A stretch of 63,867 nt of DNA, counting the filler, from Rhabdomonas costata (Eukaryota), in NCBI GenBank assembly GCA_019059605.1. It is 30 parts of 30 records of this genome, joined end to end, with 100 filler letters (N's around TTAATTAATTAA, not from the genome) between each part and the next. Parts side by side here need not be neighbours in the genome. Positions count along the whole stretch, not along the records: positions 25,588 to 27,619 come from JAHMHO010006250.1; positions 27,720 to 29,751 come from JAHMHO010006252.1; positions 29,852 to 31,881 come from JAHMHO010006253.1; positions 31,982 to 34,013 come from JAHMHO010006254.1; positions 34,114 to 36,144 come from JAHMHO010006255.1; positions 36,245 to 38,275 come from JAHMHO010006256.1; 24 more parts are not named here. One strand, written 5' to 3'. The notes under the pieces are model-generated. The model ran no database searches. It saw nothing but the letters and a program-made list of their open reading frames with translations, and was not told the DNA's origin. Every line of letters starts with the position of its first letter. Position 1 is the first letter of the stretch. Shown here in pieces: positions 25,588-38,275 of this stretch. Made by a program: the position numbers and the translations under genes.

Positions 25588-27619
25588 GGGTGGTGGTTTG
25601 AATCACAGAGGAGTGCGTGGAGATGAGTGTGGTCTCATCTTCGAGGAGTTGGTGGAACCCTCCGATGTCCATCTGCAACACAGAGACCATGCGGTGGTTC
25701 AGCACGCCGACCTGCCGGTTCACATTGGCGTGGTACTTGGGCATCACAGAGGCCCGAGAGCCCCTGCGGGTTCCTCGCGAGCTCCTCCGTGACGTTCCTG
25801 GCGGAGCGTCGTCCACAAAGGCAACGGAGCCCCGACTGGTGGCGCGCTCCACGGCGTCCTCCCGCGACACGTCGGAGGCGCGGCTGGAGGCGGGCGCTGG
25901 GGCCACACGGCGCGGATTGGGATTGTTCGGCTCGCAGAGCATCTCCACCGCCTCCTCTTCTGGAACGACCTCTGAGATGGACCTCTCAGCAGACCCCAGC
26001 ACGGCTTCCGGGAGGTAAGCCCGGAACTCCTGCAATGGGAGCGAGGTGCGATGGTTTCGCCGAATCAACACAATCCAACACTCATCCCGTTTGCCGACCT
26101 CCCATTCCCTCCTCTCCTTCTTCCCTGGGCTCTGTCCCACTGCATCCTCTTGCACGGTTTGCCACGGTTTGCAGACATACTTCCTGAACTTTGCGTTTAA
26201 GTTCCGTTCCTTTTCGCGTGTCATCTGTCTTGCAAAGAACGATTCCTGCACCGGCATACCCAAAGAAAGCCTTGTGCGCGCGTACCAAGTTATTGGGGTG
26301 GAGAGGGCATACCTCAAAAGGTAAGGCACAGTAAACCCCGAAACTATTTGCTCTGTTTTGATTTCGAAAGGTTATTATTATATGAGACACGGACGTAAGG
26401 TGCACGGACCTCTAGGTATGCATACAATGCGTACTTAGTTGAAGGTGAGAAGGAATGGCCTGATCACCACCCCTCACAAAATGTTCCTTATGGAGGCAAG
26501 TTCAACCACAACGGTGCCTCAAATGCATACCACAACGTCCCGCTGGTAGATTTGGGTGCAGCTCTTTCGGTGCGCTAAAAGTCGCAAACATATTGCCCGT
26601 TTCACCTCAAAACTGAGAGGTGGAAAAAAACGTTTCTGAAAACCTCCATTGGACGTACAGAGGTTTGAAGGGGGGGAATTACATTCTTCTTTTGTGAGTT
26701 TGCGTGAGTAGATCGATTACCACGGTGTGCCATTTTTCCGAAAGGAAATGCCAATGTTTTGGAAGGTTTCCGAGTTACAAATGTGCAGTGAAAGAGGATG
26801 CACATACGGCGTGCGCTTTTCTTCGCAGTTTTTGACTTTTGGCTGCTTGAATCCAAAATTCTCACCTTTGAGGGGAAGCGAGCATATTTATAATGAAGCA
26901 CCTGCCAAACGATGCATACCTCAACCCCTTTTGCACGCTATAAAGCAGCAAAGACGCAGCGTGGTAGCAAGTGCAACAATAGTAGGCAGTCATTCCAATA
27001 TACTCCTCTAATTGGAGGAAAACCTCACAATTCGCTCACGTTGACAGAGGAAACCACTAACTCTCACAAGCACATCTCAACAGTGAGAGGTTCCCACACA
27101 GGCATCAAACTTTCGGAGCTCTGAGGAAAGATGAATATTAAAATGAATAGGTCCCTTCACTTGCCTTAAAGCATTCACTGTCAGCAAACTGTGGGCTTTT
27201 TTTTTTTTGTTGTTTCCGTCCAAAATTCTCATTTTTGAGTTGAAAATGATCTCCTCGTGTAAGGTCCCCAGCTCATCCGCCCGATCCGGCTGTATCGCGG
27301 ACGGACATCCAAAATTAATAATGTTGCGCCAATCCATTCGTCCGAAGCGCTCATCACCCTAGCAATTTCAAACAGCCAACGCGCAATTAAATTGCCCAAT
27401 CGTCCCAACTAAAATTTATCACCCCAAACGCAAGAAAAAAAAACGGAACATAAAAACAATGCGGATAGCACAAAAAACTGCGGGATTCACCGTCAGCTTG
27501 TTCACCATCGTCCCAAAGAACGCCTGGATGTCCGCGATCTCTTTGAACCGGCTGGGCTTCTGCTGGATAACGTCCAGGTTCATCTCCGCAACCTCCTCCA
27601 TCTGGTAACTCAGCCGGAT
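25588..27619 (-). CDS. HAMP + class III adenylyl/guanylyl cyclase-like fragment; exons 27491-27619 and 25588-26029
   Basis: MEEVAEMNLD..SRFKEIADIQAFFGTMVNKLT|EFRAYLPEAVL ... VSVLQMDIGGFH (first metal-binding Asp motif); 1461-nt in-phase GT-AG intron. Confidence 0.8.
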
Positions 27620-27719
27620 NNNNNNNNNNNNNNNNNNNNNNNNNNNNNNNNNNNNNNNNNNNNTTAATTAATTAANNNNNNNNNNNNNNNNNNNNNNNNN
27701 NNNNNNNNNNNNNNNNNNN

Positions 27720-27813
27720 ACTTGAAGAAGTTATTGATCGTATTTATGTGTTAGAATATAGAACGAATAAATTAAATTCAAAAATTAACACAATACAAAG
27801 AATGATAAATTAA
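27720..27813 (+). CDS. 3' end of an AT-rich ORF convergent with the virus-like gene
   Basis: LEEVIDRIYVLEYRTNKLNSKINTIQRMIN*; only about 25 nt to the opposite-strand stop. Confidence 0.4.
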
Positions 27814-27837
27814 TAAAAGACTTTTTGAATTCTTTTA

Positions 27838-28397
27838 TTAATTTAGAGGAATGAAAAAGCTTCCAATGTAGAGTAGTAGTCTATTTGCGCCGTTCTCAGT
27901 GAACAATTTTCCGCCTGACTGCCATTCAATAATTGCATTATCTGCAGATGAAATAAAACATTGCGTTGTACTTAAATTATTACTGAGATCAAGAATACGA
28001 ATTTGGCGACCAATTGGTACAGACGGAATTTGTAAATAAGCAACAATATAATGAACTGCATTTGTTCTTAGTAGATACACATCCGCATTTTTCATTGGTA
28101 CTACATTAGTACTTTGTTTTGCATACAACCAACAAGGATAATATGCACTTAATGGATGGCCTGCTGTTTGATAATATGTAAATGTGTATGTACTATTATC
28201 TGTTGGTGCATCAGTTGCTGATACCCAAATACTAGTAGTTGAATATATGTTTGTGCCATTAAACGAACCATAGATGATAATGTGCCTACTAATTGAATAC
28301 TAAACGTAAATATACCGTAACCATATAATCCACTTGTAGGCAAATAAACATATGTAGTATTCGTGATATTATATGTGTCTAAAATAATTGTATCACC
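27838..28397 (-). pseudogene. AT-rich, intronless virion fibre/baseplate-like gene with one frameshift near 28270-28300
   Basis: Thr/Asn/Tyr-rich ORF ending IPSVPIGRQIRILDLSNNLSTTQCFISSADNAIIE...LFTENGANRLLLYIGSFFIPLN*, like the LP..GR.I.I.D..GN.ST fibre-tip module of phage and eukaryotic dsDNA viruses; far more AT-rich than host exons. Confidence 0.55.
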
Positions 28398-28619
28398 TCA
28401 CTTATCCACCAAAAATGACCACGGATATGTTGTGGACGGTATCTATGTGTGGGAAATCCGATTCCACAAGTCAGAATCACAGAAATCCTGGAACAAATAG
28501 ACGGAAGAATTTCTTTTTCAGACAGAAATATCGGCACGGGTGGATTTAGAGAGCTGTAAACCAGACAAAGGACTGCGAGGAAATTCCTGATTCAACCGTC
28601 GCCACAATGTGCCTTGTAT

Positions 28620-29731
28620 AACGGTCCTCCTAATGTAAGAACGGTGACAAAACAACTCACCACTTTGCTGGCGAAGAAGAAGCTGTGGAATTGTGGCCCA
28701 GCCGAACTGCAATCATTCAAACGACTGAAGTCCTACCTCCTTCTCTATGTTGTCTTGGCCTTTCCGGAAATGAACAAACCAATTATCATCATTAACGATG
28801 CGTCAGACACCGGCATCTGAGCAACGTTGTGCACGACTGGTGACTCAGATTTCATTATCCTGGTTGCATGCACCTCTAGGAAGCTGAATAACATGAGGTT
28901 AATTACACACACGAAACGGAACCGATGGCACTCGTCGACGCTGTCGATCGTTGGAAGCACTACTTCCATGGTGGTCGTCACCGACAACACTTGCCTCAGG
29001 TATCCGGTACCTTCAGAGCATTGCAAAGCCGAGCCCCTGCCAGATTTTTTGGATACATCGATTGCAGAAATTTGATTTGAACATCACTTACATTCCTGGT
29101 ACGTCCAATGTTGTTGCCGACATCCTCTACCGCATACACGAGCAACAGGATGGTGGACACATCACGCCGACACTCGCCAGTAATGTGTTCCTGATGGACC
29201 AGCTCGAATCCTGTTGGACTACTGACTAGACGATTGCCTACAAGATCCCTAAATCTTCGAATATTTTTTTGACCCCAACCCCAACGAGATTCACGATGAC
29301 AAGAGTTAGCACTGCAAATACGGCCGATTTTGTGCCGATGACAAAATCCTCGTGACAAACAGTTGGGTGAATGAGATTATCACCGCGCCCCACAATCAGT
29401 CATCGCGGGTCACTTGTGGATTCATCGTACAGTCAGCATGATACAGCGTCAGTTATTCTTCCAACGGATGCAAACACTGGTGCACCAACACATTGATTCT
29501 TGCGATGTCTGTCAACACGCCAAATATGATCATCATAAGTCTAGAGGACATATTGAACGAGTTTCAATTCCAACCCAGAAATGGCAGACAATCTGCATGG
29601 ACTGTATCGTCAAGCTCACTCCGATTGAGCTGGATTGTATTACCTACGACTCAGTTCTGACATTCACAGACCGCGCCGCGAAGATGGCTCACTTCGTACC
29701 AACTTGGACCAGTTCTTTCTTTATGCGGTGA
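28620..29731 (+). mobile_element. Degenerate Ty3/Gypsy LTR retrotransposon pol (RT connection, RNase H, integrase)
   Basis: LTTLLAKKK..SFKRLK..VLAFPEMNKPIIIINDASDTGI; SRKLN; RLQKFDLNITYIPGTSNVVADILYR; SCDVCQHAK..IPTQKWQTICMD..DRAAKMAHFVPT; internal stops and frameshifts; RH-before-IN order. Confidence 0.92.
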
Positions 29732-30768
29732 AGTACTACAGCCACCCCCACNNNNNNNNNNNNNNNNNNNNNNNNNNNNNNNNNNNNNNNNNNNNTTAAT
29801 TAATTAANNNNNNNNNNNNNNNNNNNNNNNNNNNNNNNNNNNNNNNNNNNNGGTTGGGGGGCATATTCGGGACTGAATGGAATGTGGGAAGTTACTTTCA
29901 ACCGTCCAACGTGTCAAACCAGGAACGCTGCAATTCCTCTTTCTGTTGTTGGACAGCAAAGTTAAGCAAATCGGGCAGACAAGTTTTGTTTGTTCCCTGT
30001 TTTTCTGAATTCATACTGTCTGCAGATGGCTCTTGGAGTCAACAAAACATTTCTAAAAGTTTCTCATGAACCCTACTTTGTATGCGTAACCATCCAGATG
30101 GGTGATCAGAGAAAACGTCACGGCACTGCGGCACAGAGTTTTTGCGGATCTGGAGTTCAGCAAGCAGACAATCCACACGAAGGAACGCTAGAAGACAGGA
30201 GATGCAAACGACAAGACAAAAGCTGAGTGAAACTGGAAAGAGAATTGGGATGTGGCGAAGAAGGGGACAAGAAGAGGGCACAGGGAGCTGTGTGTGGTGA
30301 GCAGGAGCACAATTGAGGATGAACAGAATAGGTAGTGGAGAAGAGGGAAGGGAAAGAGAGGAGCAAAACAGATCAATTGCGCGGCGTCGGAGAGCTGCGA
30401 ATATCACAAAGGGAAAGAAAGTGGGCGGCACAACAAGCATTCAGTTTATTCACACGGAAGGATGGACAGAACACGAATGATCGGAAGCGTTCAAACAGAT
30501 GGGTGATTACATCCGGGAGGAGTACTTTCTCCCAAAACCCTGTGTAGCCCTTCAAAAAGAGTTGGTCACAAAACTGACGCATCCAAAAGTGGGTGAATCT
30601 CGTGTCCACAGTGATATGTTTCTGCATGTTGTCGTTGTTTTAATGGTGAGAAAGGGGTGATCTCCAGCTGTTGGGTGCGCCGCGGTGTATGACCTGAGCT
30701 TGGCGCAGTGAAATCACCTCCGGTGGCCGCAGGGAGGGGCAGGGAAAGGAAGGGAGAGGTGGCGGGAC

Positions 30769-31870
30769 ATGGCGGAGTACCGTCTGCACGCGCTGTTCAA
30801 CCTTCTGCTGCGAAAGGAGACTACCGTTGGGCTGGTGGACGATGGTGGGGTGAGAATTCCTGACACGGTGGCGTTCCGCCATGGCATGCTGGTGGGGTGG
30901 TACCACTTCGATGAGGTTCTGCAGGACGTGGTGAAGCGGGTCCGCTGAGCTCCCCCCCCCCTCCCCCTTCGCACTCACTCAGGACTGGTGTCCCTGAAAG
31001 GGGGGTTGAAAAAGCATGCTCCTGGAAATTGCATGTGAATTGACGTTTCCTCATGTTTCCTCAATTTTCATCTTTCCCAACAAACCATCATTTCCTTTTC
31101 GGTATTGCTCCTTTAGGTCTGATACGCAAAATTGGTGGTTGCATAATCCTGATGAATGAATGAATTTCGGTTGGAAACAGAATATTCAGGCAGAAGAGAA
31201 AAGTGGGTCTTCCTTTCTGTGTGACGGGTGCGTTTCCTGTGATATGGTATACGTATCCCCCCTCTCACTGTGTATGCTGGGTATCCTACAACGATCTCTA
31301 AGCGCGTCAACACTGTGGATCGGGGGGTCACGTCGGGTATGCCAAACCCAACTTCACAAGAGTCAGGGTCAAGACATGTGGACCGACAAGGGTGTAAGGC
31401 CCGATGGGCCCAAGGTGTGGGGATGGACCTCGAGTCCTCCCCAGAAGAATTTCGCCCTTGCCAAGTGCACAGAGTGCGTGTTTTTGTGTGCGCATACTTC
31501 AGGACCGCAAGTATTGCATTTCCGAGGAGATCTATCGGGTCTTCGTGCGGGGAGCCCGCCCCAAGCAGCCCTGCGTGGCGCGGCTGATGTACCGCGATGG
31601 GGCCGAGCGTGAGCGACACCCGGACGACCCCGAGCGGGTTCCGATCGCTGTAAGATTTCTGACGGCGAAAGGCATCCCTCTCCGTAAGGGCAGGGGAGGG
31701 GTTGCGGACTTCATCGCTTTTTTCAATGCGTTGCCCGTCGCAGAGAGAGAGAGAGAGGATGCAGAACCACTCGGTGATCAGATCGAGTTGTTGCGCGTTC
31801 CCCCAGCTCCCCAGAGGGACCACCAGAGGCTGCAGCCCGTTCTGCCCACAGCCTCTACCATCGGAAGACG
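30769..31870 (+). CDS. 5' part of a conserved uncharacterised protein; exons 30769-30939 and 31503 onward
   Basis: ATG-led exon ...VRIPDTVAFRHGMLVGWYHF..VVKR|DRKYCISEEIYRVF..CVARL joined by an in-phase GT-AG intron. Confidence 0.6.
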
Positions 31871-34800
31871 GACCCCCCCCANNNNNNNNNNNNNNNNNNN
31901 NNNNNNNNNNNNNNNNNNNNNNNNNTTAATTAATTAANNNNNNNNNNNNNNNNNNNNNNNNNNNNNNNNNNNNNNNNNNNNGTGGGTTGGTGGTAGTACT
32001 CCTTAGTCCCCGTGAGGCGGCTCTTGTCCTTCACAGATCCACTGAGGAACAGCGCCACATCGGCGCTCGACAGTCCAGCGATGAACGGCGATGAATCGGC
32101 TTCCAAAAGCCCCGTCCTTGCCTAGATCATAGCAAGTGCCCGCGGGGTTAGAGTGCTTGTCTTTGGCGCTTTAATCTGGTCATGCTGTCCCACAGTGGCA
32201 CAGTTGTAGTAGGGGCACTGTATTGAGGCCGTCCTCTTGTTTTCTTTTCTCCAGTGTACCTTTGTGCCGATACGTCCTCCTCTTCTCCTCGTAGTGTTTC
32301 TCGCTCTCTGATGCTGAACACCTGACATTCCTGTGTGCGATGGCAATGAGTCCTTCTTTCGAACTCTGACATGACGGTGGGGATAAATGCGGTTCTAAAG
32401 AGCTTGCAGAAGGAAGAACAGATTCGGAAAGAAGGGCAAGAAGTCGTCGCAATCTACCACTTCTCGAGAATCAACATGAACCAGCGTCATGCAACCCAAA
32501 AAAATACCCGTACAAAAAGCCCTAAAATACAATCCGTCGCTAGGCTTGTTGCCCACGCACAGGGTAATTTGTCAGGTGTTTTTGCGCGCATTGCACCACC
32601 ACACGGAACTTTAACTTCCTGTGGCTTCGTTTTGCAAGGCTGCGTGTCCCTGACAAGTTCCAAGTCGAATCCAGCAAGAACCATGGGCTCGGGCCATCTC
32701 CACCACAGGCTCCAAGGACTTCATCATGAGTGCATCTGGTGCCGCACGCAATGGAATTATGGAGTGCGGCAGAGAATGAGAGCCCAAAGAGAAGGCCATG
32801 ACACCCTCCCCAACACTATAAACGGCAAGGTCAAGCGCTCAGAAAACGACCAAAGGGTTGCTCATCAAAGTACAAGGCAGGCAGGCCATCCCTCCCCCTC
32901 CGTAACTGTTGTCTCGAGTTCCACACAAAAGTATGGAAGGGAAAAAGAGAAAAAATGGAGCGAATGTGCAGAAGCAACCCCGGAGACCCTTCATGTCCAG
33001 CAGCTTACAACAGCCTTTTGAACTTATTTCCCAGCACCTGTAGCAGGAGGTGAAATTAGATGGTGAGCGGCATCTTCATTATGTTCCACTAGATCTCAGA
33101 ATAAAAGATGTCTGTGATTTCCTTGAGATGCTTTCAGAACGCCTTCAAGAAGCCGTTGTTTTCGGAATATCGGAATTGGCGCTAAAAAATATCACCAGTG
33201 GGGTTCCGTCTGTTTTGGATAGTGCTCACTATTAGAGGATGGAATGTCAAAGGGTTCATCGTGCAACGGGGTTGAGGAAAACTTCTGTATGTCCTGTGTA
33301 GGAATTGCAGGTGACACTTCCCTTTAAATCCTGGAAAGCCTCTGTCGGAGCTGTGCGAAGGACATAAACAAGCACAACGTTTGGGCAGGACCGCGGCTCT
33401 GCACTAATGAATCCACTAGCATGATTCCTGCCTTTATCCAAACATCCCAGCTCACTGCTTCTGCCCTTCCTTTCGCATTCACGTATCTAACACAAACCTT
33501 CACCCGCACCCCGGACTCACTTCGGCGGTCTCGCCAAACCCATGAAGCACCACTGTGGGCACCCAGCACTGGCACAAACCATAGAAAGCTCAAACAAGAG
33601 AAAACCAAAACATTACAGCAATTTTCCCAATGGGGCACGAGATAGCCCCGCGGACTTTTACGGAAGCCTCGGAGGCTCCCCTCGTAGCTCAACAAGCCTG
33701 TTCAAGCCCCACCACCACCACCACCACCAAAGAAGGAATCCCCACACACTTGGCAGCGTCCCCCTGATATTAGGGAACGACGACAAGGCGTAAGCCACAA
33801 ACCAGGCGAAGACCGGGTTAAAAAAGCAATCTTCTGGGACTGGAAATTAGGTGTTCATACGGTGAAGAAGGCCCAGGGAGTTGAGTTGTGAGACACAATG
33901 CTTTATTACGTGGAGGAGGCCGGCGGGTGGGGATGGTAAATACGGAGCAAGCGTATGCAACCCAGTTGCAACCCCTCCTCCACGTAATAAAGCATTGTGT
34001 CTCACAACCCAACNNNNNNNNNNNNNNNNNNNNNNNNNNNNNNNNNNNNNNNNNNNNTTAATTAATTAANNNNNNNNNNNNNNNNNNNNNNNNNNNNNNN
34101 NNNNNNNNNNNNNAGCAGCTTCTCCGTATCTAGATAACCGCTTCTCACTCGAAAATCGGCGCATCTGTCTGCATTGTGGTTTTCACAAACTCGGCACTCT
34201 TTCCGAGATCTAGATGGTGAATCTCCGCAAGTAAAAAGCTCAATCAATGGAAATAAGTCATCACAGTAACACTGTGGGTTGCGGTGCAAACTGTGTTTTG
34301 TGTATGATGCACAACTCGACGACTTCTCACTTTTGCCGACCGCTTCAGAGAGTAATACGCCAAACGTGGCGTGGTAATCTCACATCTGCTCTTACAAATG
34401 ATATTCAGCACAGCAGTAAAAGCAGGCTCCCTCTGGATTCAAGCGATGAATGCGTGGCAAAAGGAGTTTCCATTTGTCCCGGCGCTCTACACTTTGAGGT
34501 CTGTCGCTGTCTGTTCTGTCTAGGCGCTCCTTGCACTAGAGATTTATACCTGCTCTGCTCTGCTATTTATTTTGAATAATGTGACGCTATATCTGCCTGA
34601 GTGTAGTATGTAGTCTGCTGTAGCTGGAGGAGTTTCGAAAATTATCTGAGTCTTGATGATGCATCAGAGTGATGTAAATGAAACAATTCATATGCAATTC
34701 TCAATTTATGTAGCACTTCCTTTTTCCGCGGCGATGCTAGCAATATTGAGACTTGAAAAACATCTCCTCTAGGAGATCAGATCCTTAAAAAGATTGCTCG

Positions 34801-35289
34801 AGCGGAATGTGACTCACTGTATCCAACTGCATTGGTTGCGTCCAATGATACACTGGTTTCTAAGCTAACAGTAAGCACGCCACATGCTGAGCAGCCTGAG
34901 GTTGCTGCGGATGTGGCTGCGTTGTGGGCAAAGCTTTCCGAGCGCGCTCCACTGCTTTATTGAGAGTTTTGGATGTTATAGTTATCACATTAGGCTAAAT
35001 GTCCACTTAATCATGTTAAGAACGAATTAAACGTAAATCCCATGTGGATGTTGAAGGAGGATATTGGATGAGCTGGAGCTTACAACGTCAAAGTACAGCA
35101 GTAAATCGAGTAGTTTCCGCGCAGATAAACTCCTGCTTGCCACACTCTTCCACACTGGAGATGCAGAAACCTTGAGCGGTGTGCGTGGAATCAAAGCGAT
35201 CGACGTAACGGCTGGCTACAAAGTCAATGCAGCTGGCATGGCTCCTTACCAGAGCAAGTAATCACTCGCCGACACCACCGACTCAGCTA

Positions 35290-35660
35290 CACGATTACAG
35301 GTTAAATTCTTTAAACGTCATTGGTTTGTGCACTTTTCCAATGATCGCCCGATCACACCTAGCTTAGCCTCACTAGAGATGACACATGGCACACAACGCT
35401 GGACACAGGCCAGACATCCACATCCACTACCAAACGTGGTTGAGGCATGGCTGTGAGTGCAGCCAGCCCACTCACACAAGCACTAATTTCCCACCACCAT
35501 ATGGTAAAAAAAACCACCACTATGGTTTCGTACATTTCTTACCGAACCAACACTTTCATCAATTCCACAACACTCATCACTCACTACTAGTCACACACAC
35601 ATCTCGTGTTATGTTTGGAGTTCAGCCATTAACTCCTCTAGACGCACAGTCGGTAGTCAC
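35290..35660 (+). mobile_element. Highly degenerate LTR-retrotransposon integrase remnant
   Basis: FHNTHHSLLVTHTSRVMFGVQPLTPLD resembles the integrase YNxxxHSxTxxSPFxLxYGxxPxxPLD motif; surrounding frames are riddled with stops. Confidence 0.4.
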
Positions 35661-38038
35661 AGCCATCCCATCGAAAATGGATGCCGAGCATATTGGTCTT
35701 CTTTACTCAAACATCAACTCAAACGGTGATACCTTGGACGTCAACGCTTTTTAAACATTGTGCCTTCAGATGTGGGAAGTTTTGAACCAACACAAACTCT
35801 GATGAGGCACAGGCTTACCAATAGATGCAATAGGCCGGGTACTATTGACCATCAGTCAGCCGTGCCTCCATCCAACACAAAAATACCAGGAATAATCACA
35901 TTGCCTGTGATTGACCTACATCTGTCGACACTACGCACACAAGTAGTTTTTACCACAAAAAAATAACTGGAAATAGATGCAAGCATTGTGCAGAGTGGAT
36001 AAACATTGAGATGGATACAACCTACTTCCATTGTTGCGGACGGCGTAGACCTAAGTCGCGGATGGAAGACATCCTGCATCCATGAGACACAAAACAACCT
36101 TGGCAAACAAAAACGTGATCACAACGTTGTCAACCACACGGTGTNNNNNNNNNNNNNNNNNNNNNNNNNNNNNNNNNNNNNNNNNNNNTTAATTAATTAA
36201 NNNNNNNNNNNNNNNNNNNNNNNNNNNNNNNNNNNNNNNNNNNNGTTTGTTGGGCTGAGTGATTCGTGATTGGTGTTCATTCTATGTTTGCAGGAGCCTG
36301 AGATTGGAAGGAGAAGTGGTTGGTGTCTTGTGGGAAAGCTGCTTGGAGCACCACGACAGGGCTCGCGATGCCCCGCAATGCCCCTTTCTGCACCGTTGCG
36401 GCTGTGTTATTCTCTCTTAGCATGTCTTGGATTTGGGTATCCTTTTTTCTTGCTCACTGCATACAGCGCGCTGTGAATCGTGGGTGTCCGGTAACTGGCA
36501 CCGCCGTATGACGCCTCCCCGTTCAAATTACATTGCACTGCCGTATCCTATAATCCCCACGCGCCGGACCTCATGGATCACGCAAAGTGTGCCCATGTGG
36601 TGTGCAGCTTTCAGCCCTTGCATCGCCAGATGCATTGATGTGCGTTCGCAGACCCATCGGGCGATGCGCGCCGGTCACACCGGTGCCCAGGCTGAGCTTT
36701 TGGGGTGTATACGGGCGTGGAGAGGCAAGTGTATTGTTCCCTCGCCTTGGCGAGATACGTAACATCTTTACCCGTCGACTGGAGCGGTCACGGGACCCTT
36801 ATGCTTTGCCCTCCCACCTTCAGTCTTCATTTCTCTTCCTGCATCCAAGAAATCTTCGGTTTTTTCTTTCCCGCATGCGCGCACGCACATCACTGCGCTT
36901 CCGCGCTCCCTCTTTTTTCCGTGACGAGTGGTCAAGGCGTTTTGGCTATTTCCCCCGTAGGCATTCTGTGCCTTATCTCGGACGCTGTGGGATGAGCGGC
37001 TGTTGTGGGTCCCTTTTCCACGTCAATGAGGAGTTGTGCTGTGCACGGTGCGAACGGGGCCGGGGATGGGGCAGCACCTGTTGTGTACACTCCACTGTCT
37101 CAGCTAGCCCTACTGCAGACCATCTGCTGGCTGCCCCGCGAGGGTTGCGTGTTGATGTGCGTAAAGGCTAGTTAGCAGTGCAGCACAATGGCCAAGTTTT
37201 ACCCCCTCAGGGAGGGTGCTGCATGCAACCCCTCTGTTGTCAGGTGCACCAGACACAGGGGGTCTAGCCGTGCAGCTCTTTGGTTTGCTTGCGTTGTGCT
37301 CCGCTCTCATTCTTTTGCTACGTCCTCCGTGGTCGGTATACACTGCTTCCCAACTCCTCTTTCAGTGCTTGGGTTTGTCCTGTCCTCCCATTTTGTTTGG
37401 TTCTGTTGTGTCTTCCCCCTTGTTGCCGGTCCACGCAACACGACCTGCTGCGATCGCTGGCACATGCTGGGCACGTTTGTACTTTTGGTGCAATTGTGTT
37501 AGGAACCATGATTCCCATGGCTACCACTATGGGGATTTTCACGCCACACAACAATTCCTGAATCCTACAAAAATTACCTGTCCCATGTTCAGGTCTTTTC
37601 ATGCCTGTTTACGCACCACGCTCCAACGCATCGGAAACCAAGACGCAAACCCAACCCAACTCAGCACACACACCAGAAGAGTGGTCTGATTGCCCTCCCA
37701 CACTCTGGGTGACCTGTATGTGTGTCCCGCAAGGACAGTTTTCATATCGTCTGTTAATCGCCAAAACCACAATCGGCTACCAATGTGATTACCGCCACTT
37801 CTTTCTCTCCTGCTTACAGCAGGGCGGATTTTTCGGCCCCCGAGATCGTCCCAAAAGCGCACAGGCAACTTCATCTGTTGCAAACATACTGGGCTGCCTG
37901 TGTGCCTTTTTGGTGGCCTTTTTGATTCAGAAATTTTGTTGATCCGCTTGTTTATCCAAACAGACGCACTCACCAAACCCGTAAATCCCACAGAGATTTT
38001 CTCTCTCACACTAACCCATTCTCCCGGTAAAAAGGATA

Positions 38039-38275
38039 ATGCAGCAAGAGAGAATGACGAAGCCGGTGGCGGGCTCCGGCTCCCAGCGAAAGCTCAGGGT
38101 GCCGATGTGGGTGCCCCTGGTGGTACTCGCGGTGGCCTCCCTGGGGGCCGTGGGGGCGGTGTCGTTCCTGCTGATCCGGGCCAACGCGGAGGATGCCCTG
38201 GGGCGGGTGGGCGAGAGCTACCGCGGCCTGGCGTGCACCGCGTTGGCCCGGATCAGCAGGAACGACACCACCACC
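38039..38275 (+). CDS. N-terminus of a membrane receptor, probably the first TM helix of a Cache-type cyclase receptor
   Basis: GC-rich ORF with basic RKLRV, hydrophobic PMWVPLVVLAVASLGAVGAVSFLLI, then an amphipathic helix. Confidence 0.5.

Noticed and set aside
27260-27362. Possible intronic box C/D snoRNA (TGATGA on the minus strand)
   Set aside because: No matching terminal CTGA box or stem.
31982-33800. 216-aa plus-strand ORF and broken minus-strand coding-like blocks
   Set aside because: No motif was recognised and no consistent exon chain could be built.
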